Shown here: positions 39,836-49,972 of the stretch, one piece after another
Numbering within the stretch: position 1 is the first letter of the stretch
Layout of the letters: each line of letters opens with the position of its first letter
Source: Halobacteriovoraceae bacterium
GTDB lineage: Bacteria; Bdellovibrionota; Bacteriovoracia; Bacteriovoracales; Bacteriovoracaceae
NCBI GenBank assembly: GCA_963719505.1
Contig: CAVRCF010000001.1
Span: forward strand, 928,001-992,000
Length of the DNA: 64,000 nucleotides
Reading direction: 5' to 3'
Made by a program: the position numbers and the translations under genes
The notes under the pieces: generated by a model
Database searches by the model: none
Told to the model about the DNA's origin: nothing
What the model saw: only the letters and a program-made list of their open reading frames with translations

Positions 39836-40410
39836 TTATTTTAAGTACAGCAGCGCTTTTCGTTTCATGTGCAACAGCTAATTTATCATTAGATCAAAAA
39901 GAGTTTAAGCCATTCAAAGAGTATGAAGCCAAGACTGAATTTCCAAGCGGTAGTAATGTTCTGGATGTGAAAGTCATCGATGGTAGAGAGTCGAAGCAAT
40001 TTTTAGGGATGGGGAAAACGGGAGCGAGCTATACAGATACGCCACTATCAACTCCACAAGGAGCCTCCGCTTTTATTACAAATTACTTTTCAGAAAACTT
40101 AAAAGCCAGAGGGTTAAATTTGTCAGATGAATCAAACGTAGAGCTTGAGGTTATCGTAAACAAGCTTTGGGTCGATGAGCTTATCGTTAAGTACAAAGGA
40201 GAAAGAGCGAAGTGCCATGTCGAGTTTGAAGTGTATGGAAAAAAAGATCTTGAGACTTTTAAAGGTTCTTATTGGACTAAAATAACTTCTGGTGGAGACT
40301 TAAGTGATGGAACAGATTTACTTTCTCCAACGCTTGCATCTTGTTTGAATGACTCCATCGAAAAAATTGTTAACGACCAAAAGCTGGTTGATTTTATTAG
40401 TACTAAATAA
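39814..40410 (+). CDS. Lipoprotein (YajG-like)
   Basis: Lipobox FVSC; VKVIDGR motif. Confidence 0.6.
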   Translation: MGIRSSLIILSTAALFVSCATANLSLDQKEFKPFKEYEAKTEFPSGSNVLDVKVIDGRESKQFLGMGKTGASYTDTPLSTPQGASAFITNYFSENLKARGLNLSDESNVELEVIVNKLWVDELIVKYKGERAKCHVEFEVYGKKDLETFKGSYWTKITSGGDLSDGTDLLSPTLASCLNDSIEKIVNDQKLVDFISTK

Positions 40411-40433
40411 GAATAAAGAGAAAGGAATAAAAG

Positions 40434-41063
40434 ATGAGTGATTTGATTGAAAGTTTAAAGTGGCGCTATGCCTGTAAAGAGTTTGATAAAACAAAAAAGA
40501 TTCCGAAAGACCAACTCGACAATATATTAGAAGGCCTTGTTCTAACAGCGAGCTCTTATGGCGCTCAACCTTGGGAGTTTGTTGTTGTTAAGAATGAACA
40601 GCTTAGGGAAAAGCTTGTCGGAGCTTGTTATAATCAAGCGCAAGTTAAAGATGCCTCTGATCTTATTGTTATGTGTCGCCCAAAAGTTATCGATGAAGCT
40701 TTCTTAGATGGCTATATAGCAAATATCTGTCAAGTTAGAGATCAACAGCCAAGTGAACTGGCTGGCTTAAAGGGCATGATCATGCACACAATTAATAAAA
40801 CTGAAGATCAGAAAGCTCACTGGGCAAAAAACCAGATTTATATTGCTCTTGGAAACCTTTTAACTCTTTGCGCCTCCATGAAAATTGACTCTTGTCCAAT
40901 GGAAGGTTTCGTTCCATCAAAGGTTGATGAGATTTTAGGTTTGGAGCAGATGGGACTCAAATCAGTTGTTATCTGTCCAATTGGATATCGAGCAGACAGC
41001 GATAAGTATTCTGGCCTCAAGAAGGTTCGTCAAAGTCTCGATAAAGTTGTTAAAATTATCTAG
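40434..41063 (+). CDS. NAD(P)H nitroreductase family protein (NfsB-like)
   Basis: WRYACKEFD, SSYGAQPWEF, IDSCPMEGF. Confidence 0.92.
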   Translation: MSDLIESLKWRYACKEFDKTKKIPKDQLDNILEGLVLTASSYGAQPWEFVVVKNEQLREKLVGACYNQAQVKDASDLIVMCRPKVIDEAFLDGYIANICQVRDQQPSELAGLKGMIMHTINKTEDQKAHWAKNQIYIALGNLLTLCASMKIDSCPMEGFVPSKVDEILGLEQMGLKSVVICPIGYRADSDKYSGLKKVRQSLDKVVKII

Positions 41064-41144
41064 GAGTTCCGAAGCCTCCTAACAAAAACTTAACAGGTCT
41101 TCTCCAGCTCGATAGTTTACTATTGATCTATCGGAGGAGACTTT

Positions 41145-41933
41145 ATGAAGATTGAAGTTGATATTGTTAAGTACCCAGGAAAAACTCTTTCCCCACAAAA
41201 GCTAAAAGAATTTGTTCAAGACCTCAGAAAAGTCGCATCCACGTGTTTTACACAGATACCTGACTACCAGATTCTCTCCGGAAATAAAGACGATTGTGAC
41301 CGTGCTATAGTCTCTGTAGCAAGAAATAAAAAAGGAGAAATCCTGGGCTTTTGTTCCGCTTTAATCCTCCCATTAAGCGATAAGGAAAATTTCTTTCACA
41401 CAGGTTTAACATGCGTAAAGCCAAGTGCCAGAGGCCTCAAGCTTACTCACAAATTAACGAGTAAGGTTCTCATCTCCTACATCTTAAGAGAGTCATTCTT
41501 CAAGAAGATCTGGGTTTCAAACTGTGCATGTGTTATTTCAAGTATTGGCAATATTGCTAAGCACTTCGACGAAGTTTATCCCTCTCCATATTTCAATGAT
41601 GTACCGACTGCCAAGCATAAAGCTATCGCGACAAAGATTTCTCAGTGTTATAGAGAGCAAATTGCTATCAACGATAGTGCCGTTTACAATCCCCAATCTT
41701 TTGTCTTTGAAGGGTCTGTAAACAACTCAGAATTCCAAAAAGAAGCATCGGATACTCGCTTTCATCATAGGGATGAGAGACTGACTGAATACTACAAATC
41801 TCTTCTTAATTTTGATCGAGGTGATGAAATTATTCAGGTGGCTAGTTGTAGCCTATTAACATTTCCTCGCTACTTTATGGGAAAATTAAAATTCAAAAAG
41901 AAAAAGAAACCTCTAAGGATTATTCATGCTTGA
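41145..41933 (+). CDS. GNAT-fold acyltransferase-like protein
   Basis: ILGFCS and GLTCVKPSARGLKLTHKL resemble GNAT motif A. Confidence 0.6.
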   Translation: MKIEVDIVKYPGKTLSPQKLKEFVQDLRKVASTCFTQIPDYQILSGNKDDCDRAIVSVARNKKGEILGFCSALILPLSDKENFFHTGLTCVKPSARGLKLTHKLTSKVLISYILRESFFKKIWVSNCACVISSIGNIAKHFDEVYPSPYFNDVPTAKHKAIATKISQCYREQIAINDSAVYNPQSFVFEGSVNNSEFQKEASDTRFHHRDERLTEYYKSLLNFDRGDEIIQVASCSLLTFPRYFMGKLKFKKKKKPLRIIHA

Positions 41934-43098
41934 ATCAATACAATCTTCAGATATTGAGTTGAGCTCTCTGTTTGACTTTGAGTCTTTAGAGAAGTTGGTG
42001 AATCAAAATAGTCAAAGTGCCAATAGTGCAGGTGTGAATTTTGTTCAACTCCATCTTGCAAATCTTCTTTCGAATATCGGATTTGAAAATCAATTTTTTG
42101 AAAATGAATTCTTTAATTCAGGAGAGCTTCTTGTTGGAAGTCTAAAGGGCACAACGGATTTTACAATTAGTACTATTGGTCACGCCGATACTATTATTGG
42201 GCCGGAAAACAACACCTTTAGAGAAAAAGATCATCGTCTCTATGGTGCAGGGATTGCGGACAATAAATCAGGTCAACTCATAGCTATGGGTGGCATTAAG
42301 TATTACTTAGGAAAGGTAAAGACACCCAAAATTTCTTTCAATTTTATTTCATCTCCAAACGAAGAAGTTGGCTCTCCTGGCTTTCAGGAAAAACTCGGAC
42401 AACTTGGAGCTTTGAGTGATCTTTGTATCGGCTTTGAGCCCTCGCTACCAGATGGGAGTATTATTAGCTCAAGAAAAGGAAATTATTGGGCAGAGATATC
42501 AGTTGAGGGAGAGAGTTTTCACTCTGGACGAGCAGCTAAGGGGCATATGAATAGCGCCATGGATCTTTGTCGAGCCCTTGTTAGACTTGAAGAAGATTTT
42601 CAACGTATCGACGATATTACAATGAATATTGGAATGATAAGTGGGGGAAGTTCTATTAATACAATTTGTGAAAGTGCCAAAGCGACAGTGGATTTTCGAT
42701 TTTCCTCCTTTGAGAGTCTCGAGCTTATCAAAAGTAAATTAGATAAAATTGAGGAGACCTTTGAAGTTTGCCGTGTTCACCAAAAGAGAGCGAACCTCAA
42801 CATCGGTGTTCTCGATTTATGTCCTCCTATGGATAGAAATCCCCAAGGTGAGGGCTTAATAAATCTCTATAAAGATATTGCGGGTATAAAAAATGACGTC
42901 CACTGTGGTGGAGCTGCGGATATCAATCACATGAGCTCAAAGAACTCAATATGCTTTGATGGTTTTGGAGCTGTCGCAGACTTTATGCATCTCAAAGAAG
43001 AATACGTGGAGACTGAAAGTCTCACTTTAAAAACTAAAGCTTTTGGAGACTTCCTAGTCGTCATTGATCAAAGCTTGGGCCAGGAGAAATTTCAATGA
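41926..43098 (+). CDS. M20 family metallopeptidase/amidohydrolase
   Basis: GHADT, GIADNK, PNEEVGS, FEP and MHLKEE metal ligands. Confidence 0.88.
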   Translation: MLESIQSSDIELSSLFDFESLEKLVNQNSQSANSAGVNFVQLHLANLLSNIGFENQFFENEFFNSGELLVGSLKGTTDFTISTIGHADTIIGPENNTFREKDHRLYGAGIADNKSGQLIAMGGIKYYLGKVKTPKISFNFISSPNEEVGSPGFQEKLGQLGALSDLCIGFEPSLPDGSIISSRKGNYWAEISVEGESFHSGRAAKGHMNSAMDLCRALVRLEEDFQRIDDITMNIGMISGGSSINTICESAKATVDFRFSSFESLELIKSKLDKIEETFEVCRVHQKRANLNIGVLDLCPPMDRNPQGEGLINLYKDIAGIKNDVHCGGAADINHMSSKNSICFDGFGAVADFMHLKEEYVETESLTLKTKAFGDFLVVIDQSLGQEKFQ

Positions 43099-43910
43099 TG
43101 GGGATTATCAAGTTTTTTTTTGCTTGTTTTGGAGTCTTACTGTTCTTGGTTTGCTCTTTGCCCTCTCTTATTTTTATCAACTTCTTTCCAAAGCTGACTC
43201 AGATTTGGATTTCAAAAACAGTTTCGACTTTTTCGACAATTTTACTCTTTATTCTGAGAGTGAGGGTTAGGGCGATAGGTGACTTCAACTCCCAAAAAGC
43301 CTACTTTATTGTTTCAAACCATTTGTCCTATATTGATATTTTAATTATCAGTAAATTTATGCCCTGCCTTTTCGTGACTAGTATGGAGATGAAGAAAACT
43401 CCTGTGCTTGGGCAGATTGTAACTCTCGCAGGCTGTCTTTTCGTTGAAAGAAGATCAAAAGCGAATATAAAAAATGAGATCCTCTCTATTCAAGAATCAA
43501 TGCAACAAGGGATAAACATCACTGTCTTTCCAGAAGCGACAAGTTCCAATGCTGATTCAGTACTCCCTTTTAAACGATCTTTGTTTGAAGCAGCAACACT
43601 CGCTGGTGTTGATGTGAAACCTGTGGTCATAAACTATACTCATATCTCTGGGGAAGTACTGAGTGAAAAAAATAGAGATACTATATGTTGGTATGGAGAG
43701 ATGGAGTTTGCTTCTCATCTTTTTAAACTGAGTTTTGAAAAGGGTATTGATGCGACAATCACATTTGGCGACTCTATTCAGGTTCAAAACAGTGGAGATC
43801 TTAGAGATCAATCCTTTCAATATATTAAAAAGCACTTCCAAGGCTTAGAAAAACAATTTGTACCCGAGATAAAAGAAAATCGAAATCAATGCACCGTAGA
43901 TCAAATTTAA
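43095..43910 (+). CDS. Lysophospholipid acyltransferase (PlsC/OlsA-like)
   Basis: NHLSYID (HX4D), FVER, FPEATS, WYGEMEF. Confidence 0.9.
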   Translation: MMGIIKFFFACFGVLLFLVCSLPSLIFINFFPKLTQIWISKTVSTFSTILLFILRVRVRAIGDFNSQKAYFIVSNHLSYIDILIISKFMPCLFVTSMEMKKTPVLGQIVTLAGCLFVERRSKANIKNEILSIQESMQQGINITVFPEATSSNADSVLPFKRSLFEAATLAGVDVKPVVINYTHISGEVLSEKNRDTICWYGEMEFASHLFKLSFEKGIDATITFGDSIQVQNSGDLRDQSFQYIKKHFQGLEKQFVPEIKENRNQCTVDQI

Positions 43911-45281
43911 TTTAAACCCAAGTTTCATCATATCTTTCATTTCTACTAATTCACTTCCATAGACGATAGCATTCGGAGGTGTCGCTACCGGCAGCATAAA
44001 AGCCAGACTACAGGCCAAAGAGATGGCAATGGCAAAGATCTGAGGTGGCTCACCTAGATTGAGGCTCATGGCTATGATAATAGGAATCAAAATACTTGCC
44101 GTAGCCGTGTTTGAAGCAACCTCAGTTGAGAAGATGGTAAAAAAGACCAGAGCTGTGAGTAAGACAAAAACACCGCTAGAGCTAAACATATTGAGTATTC
44201 CAGACCCCATGATATCGGCAAGTCCGGTATCAAAAAGTACTTTTCCAAGACTCAATCCGGTTCCAAAAAGAAGCAACGAAGGCCAGTCAATATTTTTTAT
44301 ATCATTTTGTTGAAGTGTTTTTCTCTCTTGTCCAAACGGGAAGATAAAGAGGAAACTGCTAAAGAAAAGCGCTACAATTCCAGCATCAAATCGCTCTTTC
44401 GCAAATATGGTAATGAGGTGGCTTTGCCCTAAAATTAGCTTACACAAGCTTGGAAAAAACCAAAAGAAGATTGTCAGGAGAAAAAAGACTCCAATAATTT
44501 TTTCTTTTTGAGAAAAACGGGGAAGTTCCTTGTATTGGGTAAGGATGAAACTGTTGTCAAAGTGATCAAGCGAAGATGGTATGTATTTAAAAATATATTT
44601 GACGAGAATAAAGAGAAAAACGATCACGAGTGGGAAACCGAACATAACCCATTCAAAGAAACTGATATCAATTTGGGCTGTCTCACTCAATAATCCTACT
44701 GCGATAATATTCGGAATAGATCCAATAGGAGTCGCCAGTCCCCCAATACTTGCCGAGTAGGCAATGCCCAGAAGTATCACCGTGGTTATCTTTCGATCCG
44801 TAACTTTAAGGCTAGAGAGGATTCCGATAGTTATTGGCAACATCATAGCAGCGGTCGCAGTATTAGAGACCCACATTGAGAAAAATGCAGTAAGCCCTAT
44901 AAGAGCCATGACGATTCTTTTAAAGGATCCCTTTAAGAATTTTCTGGAAAGGATATAGAGCGAAATTCTCTGATCGAGCCCATTTTCGTGCATGGCTTTC
45001 GCAAAGAGAAATCCTCCAAGGAAGAGGAATATAATACTGTGAGCAAATGGAGCGAGAGCCTCCTGTGCGGTGGTAACACCCATAAAAACACTTGCACCAA
45101 CACCAATAAATCCCGAAATAAACAGAGGAAAGGAGCTTAAGAGCCAATTGGCGACAACAAAAGAGAAGATGGCGAGAAATTTCTTTTGCGTTGGCAAAAG
45201 ATCTATTGGCAAAAGTAGAATAGTAAAAAAAAGAATTGGCCCAACAAGATGGGCCAAGGCTTTCATTATAGATTTATCCAT
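43845..45281 (-). CDS. DASS/SLC13 family sodium-coupled anion symporter
   Basis: SMWVSNTAT, TPIGSIPN, ASNTAT, AFMLPVATPPNAIVYG. Confidence 0.92.
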   Translation of the reverse strand: MDKSIMKALAHLVGPILFFTILLLPIDLLPTQKKFLAIFSFVVANWLLSSFPLFISGFIGVGASVFMGVTTAQEALAPFAHSIIFLFLGGFLFAKAMHENGLDQRISLYILSRKFLKGSFKRIVMALIGLTAFFSMWVSNTATAAMMLPITIGILSSLKVTDRKITTVILLGIAYSASIGGLATPIGSIPNIIAVGLLSETAQIDISFFEWVMFGFPLVIVFLFILVKYIFKYIPSSLDHFDNSFILTQYKELPRFSQKEKIIGVFFLLTIFFWFFPSLCKLILGQSHLITIFAKERFDAGIVALFFSSFLFIFPFGQERKTLQQNDIKNIDWPSLLLFGTGLSLGKVLFDTGLADIMGSGILNMFSSSGVFVLLTALVFFTIFSTEVASNTATASILIPIIIAMSLNLGEPPQIFAIAISLACSLAFMLPVATPPNAIVYGSELVEMKDMMKLGFKLNLIYGALISIFFYLGYKLFF

Positions 45282-46848
45282 TAAATGTTGGGGCACCTTT
45301 TATGTTTTCGTCATAAAATGAGCCAAACTTTTTCATTTGCTTGTGATAAGAAGAGGCAAGATCTTTTGCTTTGGCAATATAAGCACTTTGATCCTTCCAG
45401 GTTTTTTGAGGCTGCAACATTTCTGAGTCAACACCATTGATCGCCAAAGGAATGTTAAGACCAAAAATTGGATCCGCTTCTGTTTGGATATCGTTTAAAT
45501 TATTAGCCTGAACCTGTCTAATAATTTGTCTCGTTACCTTGATAGGAAATCTCTTTCCTTCACCGTAAGCCCCACCAGTCCAACCTGTATTAACAAGCCA
45601 AACATTGATATTATTTTTATCCAAATACTCACCTAAAAGTTTCGCATAGACACTAGGATGCCTTAGCATAAAAGGTGCTCCAAAACACGGAGAGAATGTT
45701 GCTTGTGGTTCAGTGACTCCAATTTCGGTCCCTGCTAACTTCGCTGTGTAGCCAAGAACAAAATAAAACATGGCTTGCTCTTTAGTTAGACTACTTACTG
45801 GTGGAACAACACCAAAAGCATCAGCTGTTAAAAAGAAAATATGCTTTGGAATATCACCTTTACTCGAAGGCTCAAGGTCTTTGATAAAGTCTAACGGGTA
45901 AGCACTTCGTCCATTCTCTGTAAGACTTGTATCGTCAAAATTTATTTCTCCCGTTGCTTCATCTAAAACTACGTTTTCGACCATGGCTCCAAAGCGATTG
46001 GTCGCTGCATAGATCTCAGGTTCATCTTCTTTAGAGAGGTTAATCGTTTTTGCGTAACATCCACCTTCAAAATTAAAAACACCCTCATTACTGAGGCCAT
46101 GCTCATCATCCCCAATAATAAGACAACCTTCATCTGTTGAAAGAGTAGTCTTACCAGTTCCTGAGAGCCCAAAAAAGACTGATGTTTCATTGTTCTTCAT
46201 TTTTGATGCACCAGCATGCATAGGCAAAATGCCAACTTCTGGTAATCGGTAGTTCATCGCTGCAAACATTGATTTTTTTATCTCTCCTGCGTAGCGAGTT
46301 CCACATATTATCGTTGTATTGGTGTCAAAACATGTTGTGATAACAGTACCAGTTTTTGTTTCAAATTCATTGGGATCAACAGTCAAGTTTGGAGCATGAA
46401 GAATAGTAAAGTCGCTTTCATTAAATTCTCTTAGCTGATCTCTAAAGAGGTGGTTTGTAAAAAGGCAATACTGGGGGCTAGGTGTAACGAGTCTTGCTCC
46501 GATATTTTGAGTTTTATGAGCACCAACACTTCTTTCATTTATATAAACAGTGTCAAATGAATTTAGATGCTCAATGACTTTGGCTTTGAGTTTTGAAAAG
46601 ATTTCTGGGCTCATTGGCTTGAGGTTATTTTCCCACCAGACGGTATTTTCAGTTGTTGGCGATTTAACGATGTACCTGTCATTGGCAGAGCGACCAGTGT
46701 GTTTTCCGGTTTCAACAACACAGGCACCATCTTTGGATAGTTTTCCATTTCCTGTTCTAACAGTCTCTTGAATATAGAAACTTGTCGGCTTGTTTTGATG
46801 GTAATTTTTCTTTGGCGAAAGCCCAAGATCTTTGTAAAACTTGTCCAT
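45274..46848 (-). CDS. pckA: Phosphoenolpyruvate carboxykinase (ATP)
   Basis: TGKHTGRS, YAGEIKK, GLSGTGKTTLS, IIGDDEHG, NFEGGCYAK. Confidence 0.97.
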   Translation of the reverse strand: MDKFYKDLGLSPKKNYHQNKPTSFYIQETVRTGNGKLSKDGACVVETGKHTGRSANDRYIVKSPTTENTVWWENNLKPMSPEIFSKLKAKVIEHLNSFDTVYINERSVGAHKTQNIGARLVTPSPQYCLFTNHLFRDQLREFNESDFTILHAPNLTVDPNEFETKTGTVITTCFDTNTTIICGTRYAGEIKKSMFAAMNYRLPEVGILPMHAGASKMKNNETSVFFGLSGTGKTTLSTDEGCLIIGDDEHGLSNEGVFNFEGGCYAKTINLSKEDEPEIYAATNRFGAMVENVVLDEATGEINFDDTSLTENGRSAYPLDFIKDLEPSSKGDIPKHIFFLTADAFGVVPPVSSLTKEQAMFYFVLGYTAKLAGTEIGVTEPQATFSPCFGAPFMLRHPSVYAKLLGEYLDKNNINVWLVNTGWTGGAYGEGKRFPIKVTRQIIRQVQANNLNDIQTEADPIFGLNIPLAINGVDSEMLQPQKTWKDQSAYIAKAKDLASSYHKQMKKFGSFYDENIKGAPTFNG

Positions 46849-46979
46849 GATTTCTCCTCATTTTATCTATTGTCCCATAGTAAGCTCTACGGCATGGCAA
46901 AGCTAGGGGTGAAAAAATTTCAAAAATGATGCAATTAATATGTGTCTTTGATATGCTGCGCAAAAAATAAGGAGTTTAT

Positions 46980-47351
46980 ATGAAAAGGTTTGTGGTCCTC
47001 GTGGGTCTTTTGATGAGTTTTATCAGTGTTGCTGACTCTAAGCCCCAAGTTGTGGATATTGAACAGTTTGATAAAATGATGTCAGTAGAGACTGGCTCTG
47101 AAAAGGCTATTTACCCGTGGCAATACAGTGCTACAACATGCCAAGCTTATACTCGTTGTCCAAATGGTTATGTAGCGAGATGTCAGACGTTTGGATATGC
47201 TTATTCTACTATTCCTGCTCAAATGAGAAATACATGTTCATACTTCGTTCTTCCAGGTCGAGGAGTTAGATGTACAGGTTATGCTCAGGTAAGAGATTTC
47301 TACGGTCGATCTATTTGGACATACGTCGATGTACCAGTTTCTTGCTATTAG
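46980..47351 (+). CDS. Secreted Cys-rich hypothetical protein
   Basis: SD AGGAG, signal peptide, six Cys in the C-terminal ~70 aa. Confidence 0.75.
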   Translation: MKRFVVLVGLLMSFISVADSKPQVVDIEQFDKMMSVETGSEKAIYPWQYSATTCQAYTRCPNGYVARCQTFGYAYSTIPAQMRNTCSYFVLPGRGVRCTGYAQVRDFYGRSIWTYVDVPVSCY

Positions 47352-47967
47352 TTTCGCTGTTTTGACGGTGAGCTCAGCTTATTCTAAACATATTGTTCTT
47401 TCGGGCTTTGATACCTTTCACGGTGGAACAGGTAACAACTCGAGTGTTGTGGCTGAAAAACTTGTTAAAAGGTTTGCCTCTACTGATATAAAAATAACAT
47501 TTTGTCCTTTGAGAACTGTCTACTTTAAGGCGGCTGAAAGTCTAAAAGATTGTATTGCTTCAGCTGAAACTAAGCCTGATTTCATCCTAAGTTTGGGAGA
47601 GGCATTTTGCAAAGATGTAAAATTTGAAACCTCGGCCATAAACATAATGAGTGACTACGGTGGAGATAATGATGGAGTTCATTACACCGGAGAAGAAATT
47701 ATTCCCGGAGCTAATAAATACGTTCCAATGAGCTTAAATCTGAGACCTCTTAAGCGGATGCTACCACGGTCAATGAAAAAATACATTAAGGTGTCTTCAG
47801 ATGCTGGGACATTTGTTTGTAATAATACAGCTTATCTCATGGCCCGAGAAAGTGATATTCCTTTTGCTTTTATTCATGTGCCGGCTCACAAATGTGCTCA
47901 AAGTACAATGCTTGTCGAGAGGTCCACTCAGATTCTTGAAGCGACAATTAAAAATCTTTATCGATAA
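47329..47967 (+). CDS. Pyroglutamyl-peptidase I family (C15) protein with signal peptide
   Basis: LSGFDTF...NNS, FETSAIN, DAGTFVCN and FIHVP (Glu-Cys-His triad). Confidence 0.85.
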   Translation: MYQFLAISFAVLTVSSAYSKHIVLSGFDTFHGGTGNNSSVVAEKLVKRFASTDIKITFCPLRTVYFKAAESLKDCIASAETKPDFILSLGEAFCKDVKFETSAINIMSDYGGDNDGVHYTGEEIIPGANKYVPMSLNLRPLKRMLPRSMKKYIKVSSDAGTFVCNNTAYLMARESDIPFAFIHVPAHKCAQSTMLVERSTQILEATIKNLYR

Positions 47968-47970
47968 AGA

Positions 47971-48939
47971 TCACATGATGACTCTGTGCCTTCCAGACTT
48001 TAAATAGTTCCGTGTAAGGACTTCTAACTCCCTTTCAAGACTCTTGCGTCTCTTTATCACGAGGTTTACACCTTGAGGAGATGGCTCTACATGAGTGAGC
48101 TCTCTGATGAGTTTGTCGGTGACAAACTGATTGCCTGTAAGTGATTTAATAATTTTTTTAGAATCATTTTTATAGGTTTGAATAAAAGCACAAAGGTCAG
48201 AGTGGCTTTTATCAAAAGCAGGTGAGCGATTGAGCCTTAGCTCTTTTTTACGATCATGATAATACTCATCTAATGTTCTATGATCATTTGTTATGCACTC
48301 GACATATCTCACACGTTTTAATTTCGGAGAAAGATGTTTGATTTTTTTCATGACTGAATCAAGGTAGGTGAGCTTCTCTATTGCTCCCCAGTTTTTGTAT
48401 TTTGATTGCCAGTCAACCTTAGGGTTGAGCCAAGTGGCAAAGGTCTCTGCCCAGTCTTCATCGGGATGAGATTGAGCATAGTACTCGTCTAGGTTTATGA
48501 CATAATCTCTACTTTTTGGATCTGGAAGGTAATCATTTGGGTATTTCGTCTGGGAAATTCCAAAAAGTTTTTGGCGCACCTTGAGCTTTCTCAGGAGGAA
48601 GACGTTATCTAGCGCATGAGCTGTCTCATGACGAAGAAGTTTCATTATTCCTTGGTAAGTATGTCCCTCCAAGCGTTTCGTATTCTCTTTTTCAAGCTTT
48701 ATAAGCCTAGGATGAAGCAGGTAGAAAGGAAGAGCGAACCCACCTATCCCGTCGGGCGAGAACCAGTCAGTTGACACCCATGTACTGGGTAAAAAATTAA
48801 TCCCTTTAGCATTTAATTCAAACTTCAAATCGTTTAAAGGCCTCATAAGAGGAGATGCTTTAAGATCAAAGTTTATAGAAGACAGAGGTGTATTGAGGAG
48901 TGATTTTTTATCTAGTGAATTGAGATGGTCTAAGTTCAT
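47971..48939 (-). CDS. Putative zinc-binding metallopeptidase
   Basis: LRHETAHA (HExxH), YAQSHPDEDWAETFA. Confidence 0.82.
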   Translation of the reverse strand: MNLDHLNSLDKKSLLNTPLSSINFDLKASPLMRPLNDLKFELNAKGINFLPSTWVSTDWFSPDGIGGFALPFYLLHPRLIKLEKENTKRLEGHTYQGIMKLLRHETAHALDNVFLLRKLKVRQKLFGISQTKYPNDYLPDPKSRDYVINLDEYYAQSHPDEDWAETFATWLNPKVDWQSKYKNWGAIEKLTYLDSVMKKIKHLSPKLKRVRYVECITNDHRTLDEYYHDRKKELRLNRSPAFDKSHSDLCAFIQTYKNDSKKIIKSLTGNQFVTDKLIRELTHVEPSPQGVNLVIKRRKSLERELEVLTRNYLKSGRHRVIM

Positions 48940-48963
48940 TGGAGGTCCGTTTCAATTTTTAGT

Positions 48964-49003
48964 AAAAAAAAAGGGATATCTGAACGAATCGAAATATCCC
49001 TTT
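48964..49003 (-). terminator. Intrinsic terminator
   Basis: AAAGGGATAT...ATATCCCTTT stem with an A-run on the plus strand (U-tract on minus). Confidence 0.7.
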
Positions 49004-49126
49004 AAAACTTTTTTCTTACCCCTAAGAAAAACTTATGGGTCTTTCTAACAGGGGTTTGTATTTTACACAAGTGGGCTTCAATTAAATGTGTTTCACTTTT
49101 ACTCTTTTCTTTGGAACAGATACTTC

Positions 49127-49972
49127 TTACATATTACAGGTATTGATATTATCCATTATCTTGCCTTTCATCTGGGTAAAAAGCTTGTGAGCTCTCTTTC
49201 TAATCCCCGAGGCTACTTGCATATCTGTAAAAACATTCTTATTGGTGTAATTGTCTTTGAGTTGTGAGTACACTCCACAAGTCACAGAAAGAGTCCCTCT
49301 ATTACAAGTCGTCGCGATGTTGAGTTCATAGCGAGTTGTCTCTACAGAGTTCTTTAAAGAGTATCTCTTCTTTTCAAGGTCGTTAACAATAAGGCTTTTT
49401 ACGTTTTGCTCATCTGAGTTTTCACTAATTTTTATACTGCACGGTAGAGGAAGAGCTTCATGTTTTGACAACTTTGAAAGATCGATGCCTTTGTGCTTCA
49501 ACATGCTATACACTTTCATAGAGTATTGATAGTGATCGCTACTGTCGAGTTCAAGAACAGAAAAAATCTCATGAAGAACAAGGTTAATTAAACTAGCATC
49601 ATCATTGATATCTCTCCAAGCATTGGCATTGATGACGATGAGGTTCTTACCGTCATTGCACGCTTGTCGGACACTATCGTCAATCTGGCAGCTGTGGGGA
49701 GCTTCAGTGGTTAGCTCTTCGGCTTTAACTTTTACATAACGTGAAGAGTCCTTATCGAGAGTGTTTTTAAAATCCGGAAGGTAGGCACAAAATGCGTCTG
49801 TATCCTTTTTATTTTTACAAGTGTCTTCCCAGACTAAGGCGATATTACTTGCAATTGTGGTAAAGTGAGAAGCCACACTATGGCCACCATTTCCAACTCT
49901 GTGACCAGCGACAGCGAATTGAGAGACAGTTCCTAACATGATACCGAGAGTGAGCTTACTGATAACTTTCAT
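49127..49972 (-). CDS. Secreted hypothetical protein with GHRVGNGG motif and HE(xx)-like segment
   Basis: Start refined to MKVISKL (overlaps upstream gene end); signal peptide; LVLHEIFS. Confidence 0.72.
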   Translation of the reverse strand: MKVISKLTLGIMLGTVSQFAVAGHRVGNGGHSVASHFTTIASNIALVWEDTCKNKKDTDAFCAYLPDFKNTLDKDSSRYVKVKAEELTTEAPHSCQIDDSVRQACNDGKNLIVINANAWRDINDDASLINLVLHEIFSVLELDSSDHYQYSMKVYSMLKHKGIDLSKLSKHEALPLPCSIKISENSDEQNVKSLIVNDLEKKRYSLKNSVETTRYELNIATTCNRGTLSVTCGVYSQLKDNYTNKNVFTDMQVASGIRKRAHKLFTQMKGKIMDNINTCNM

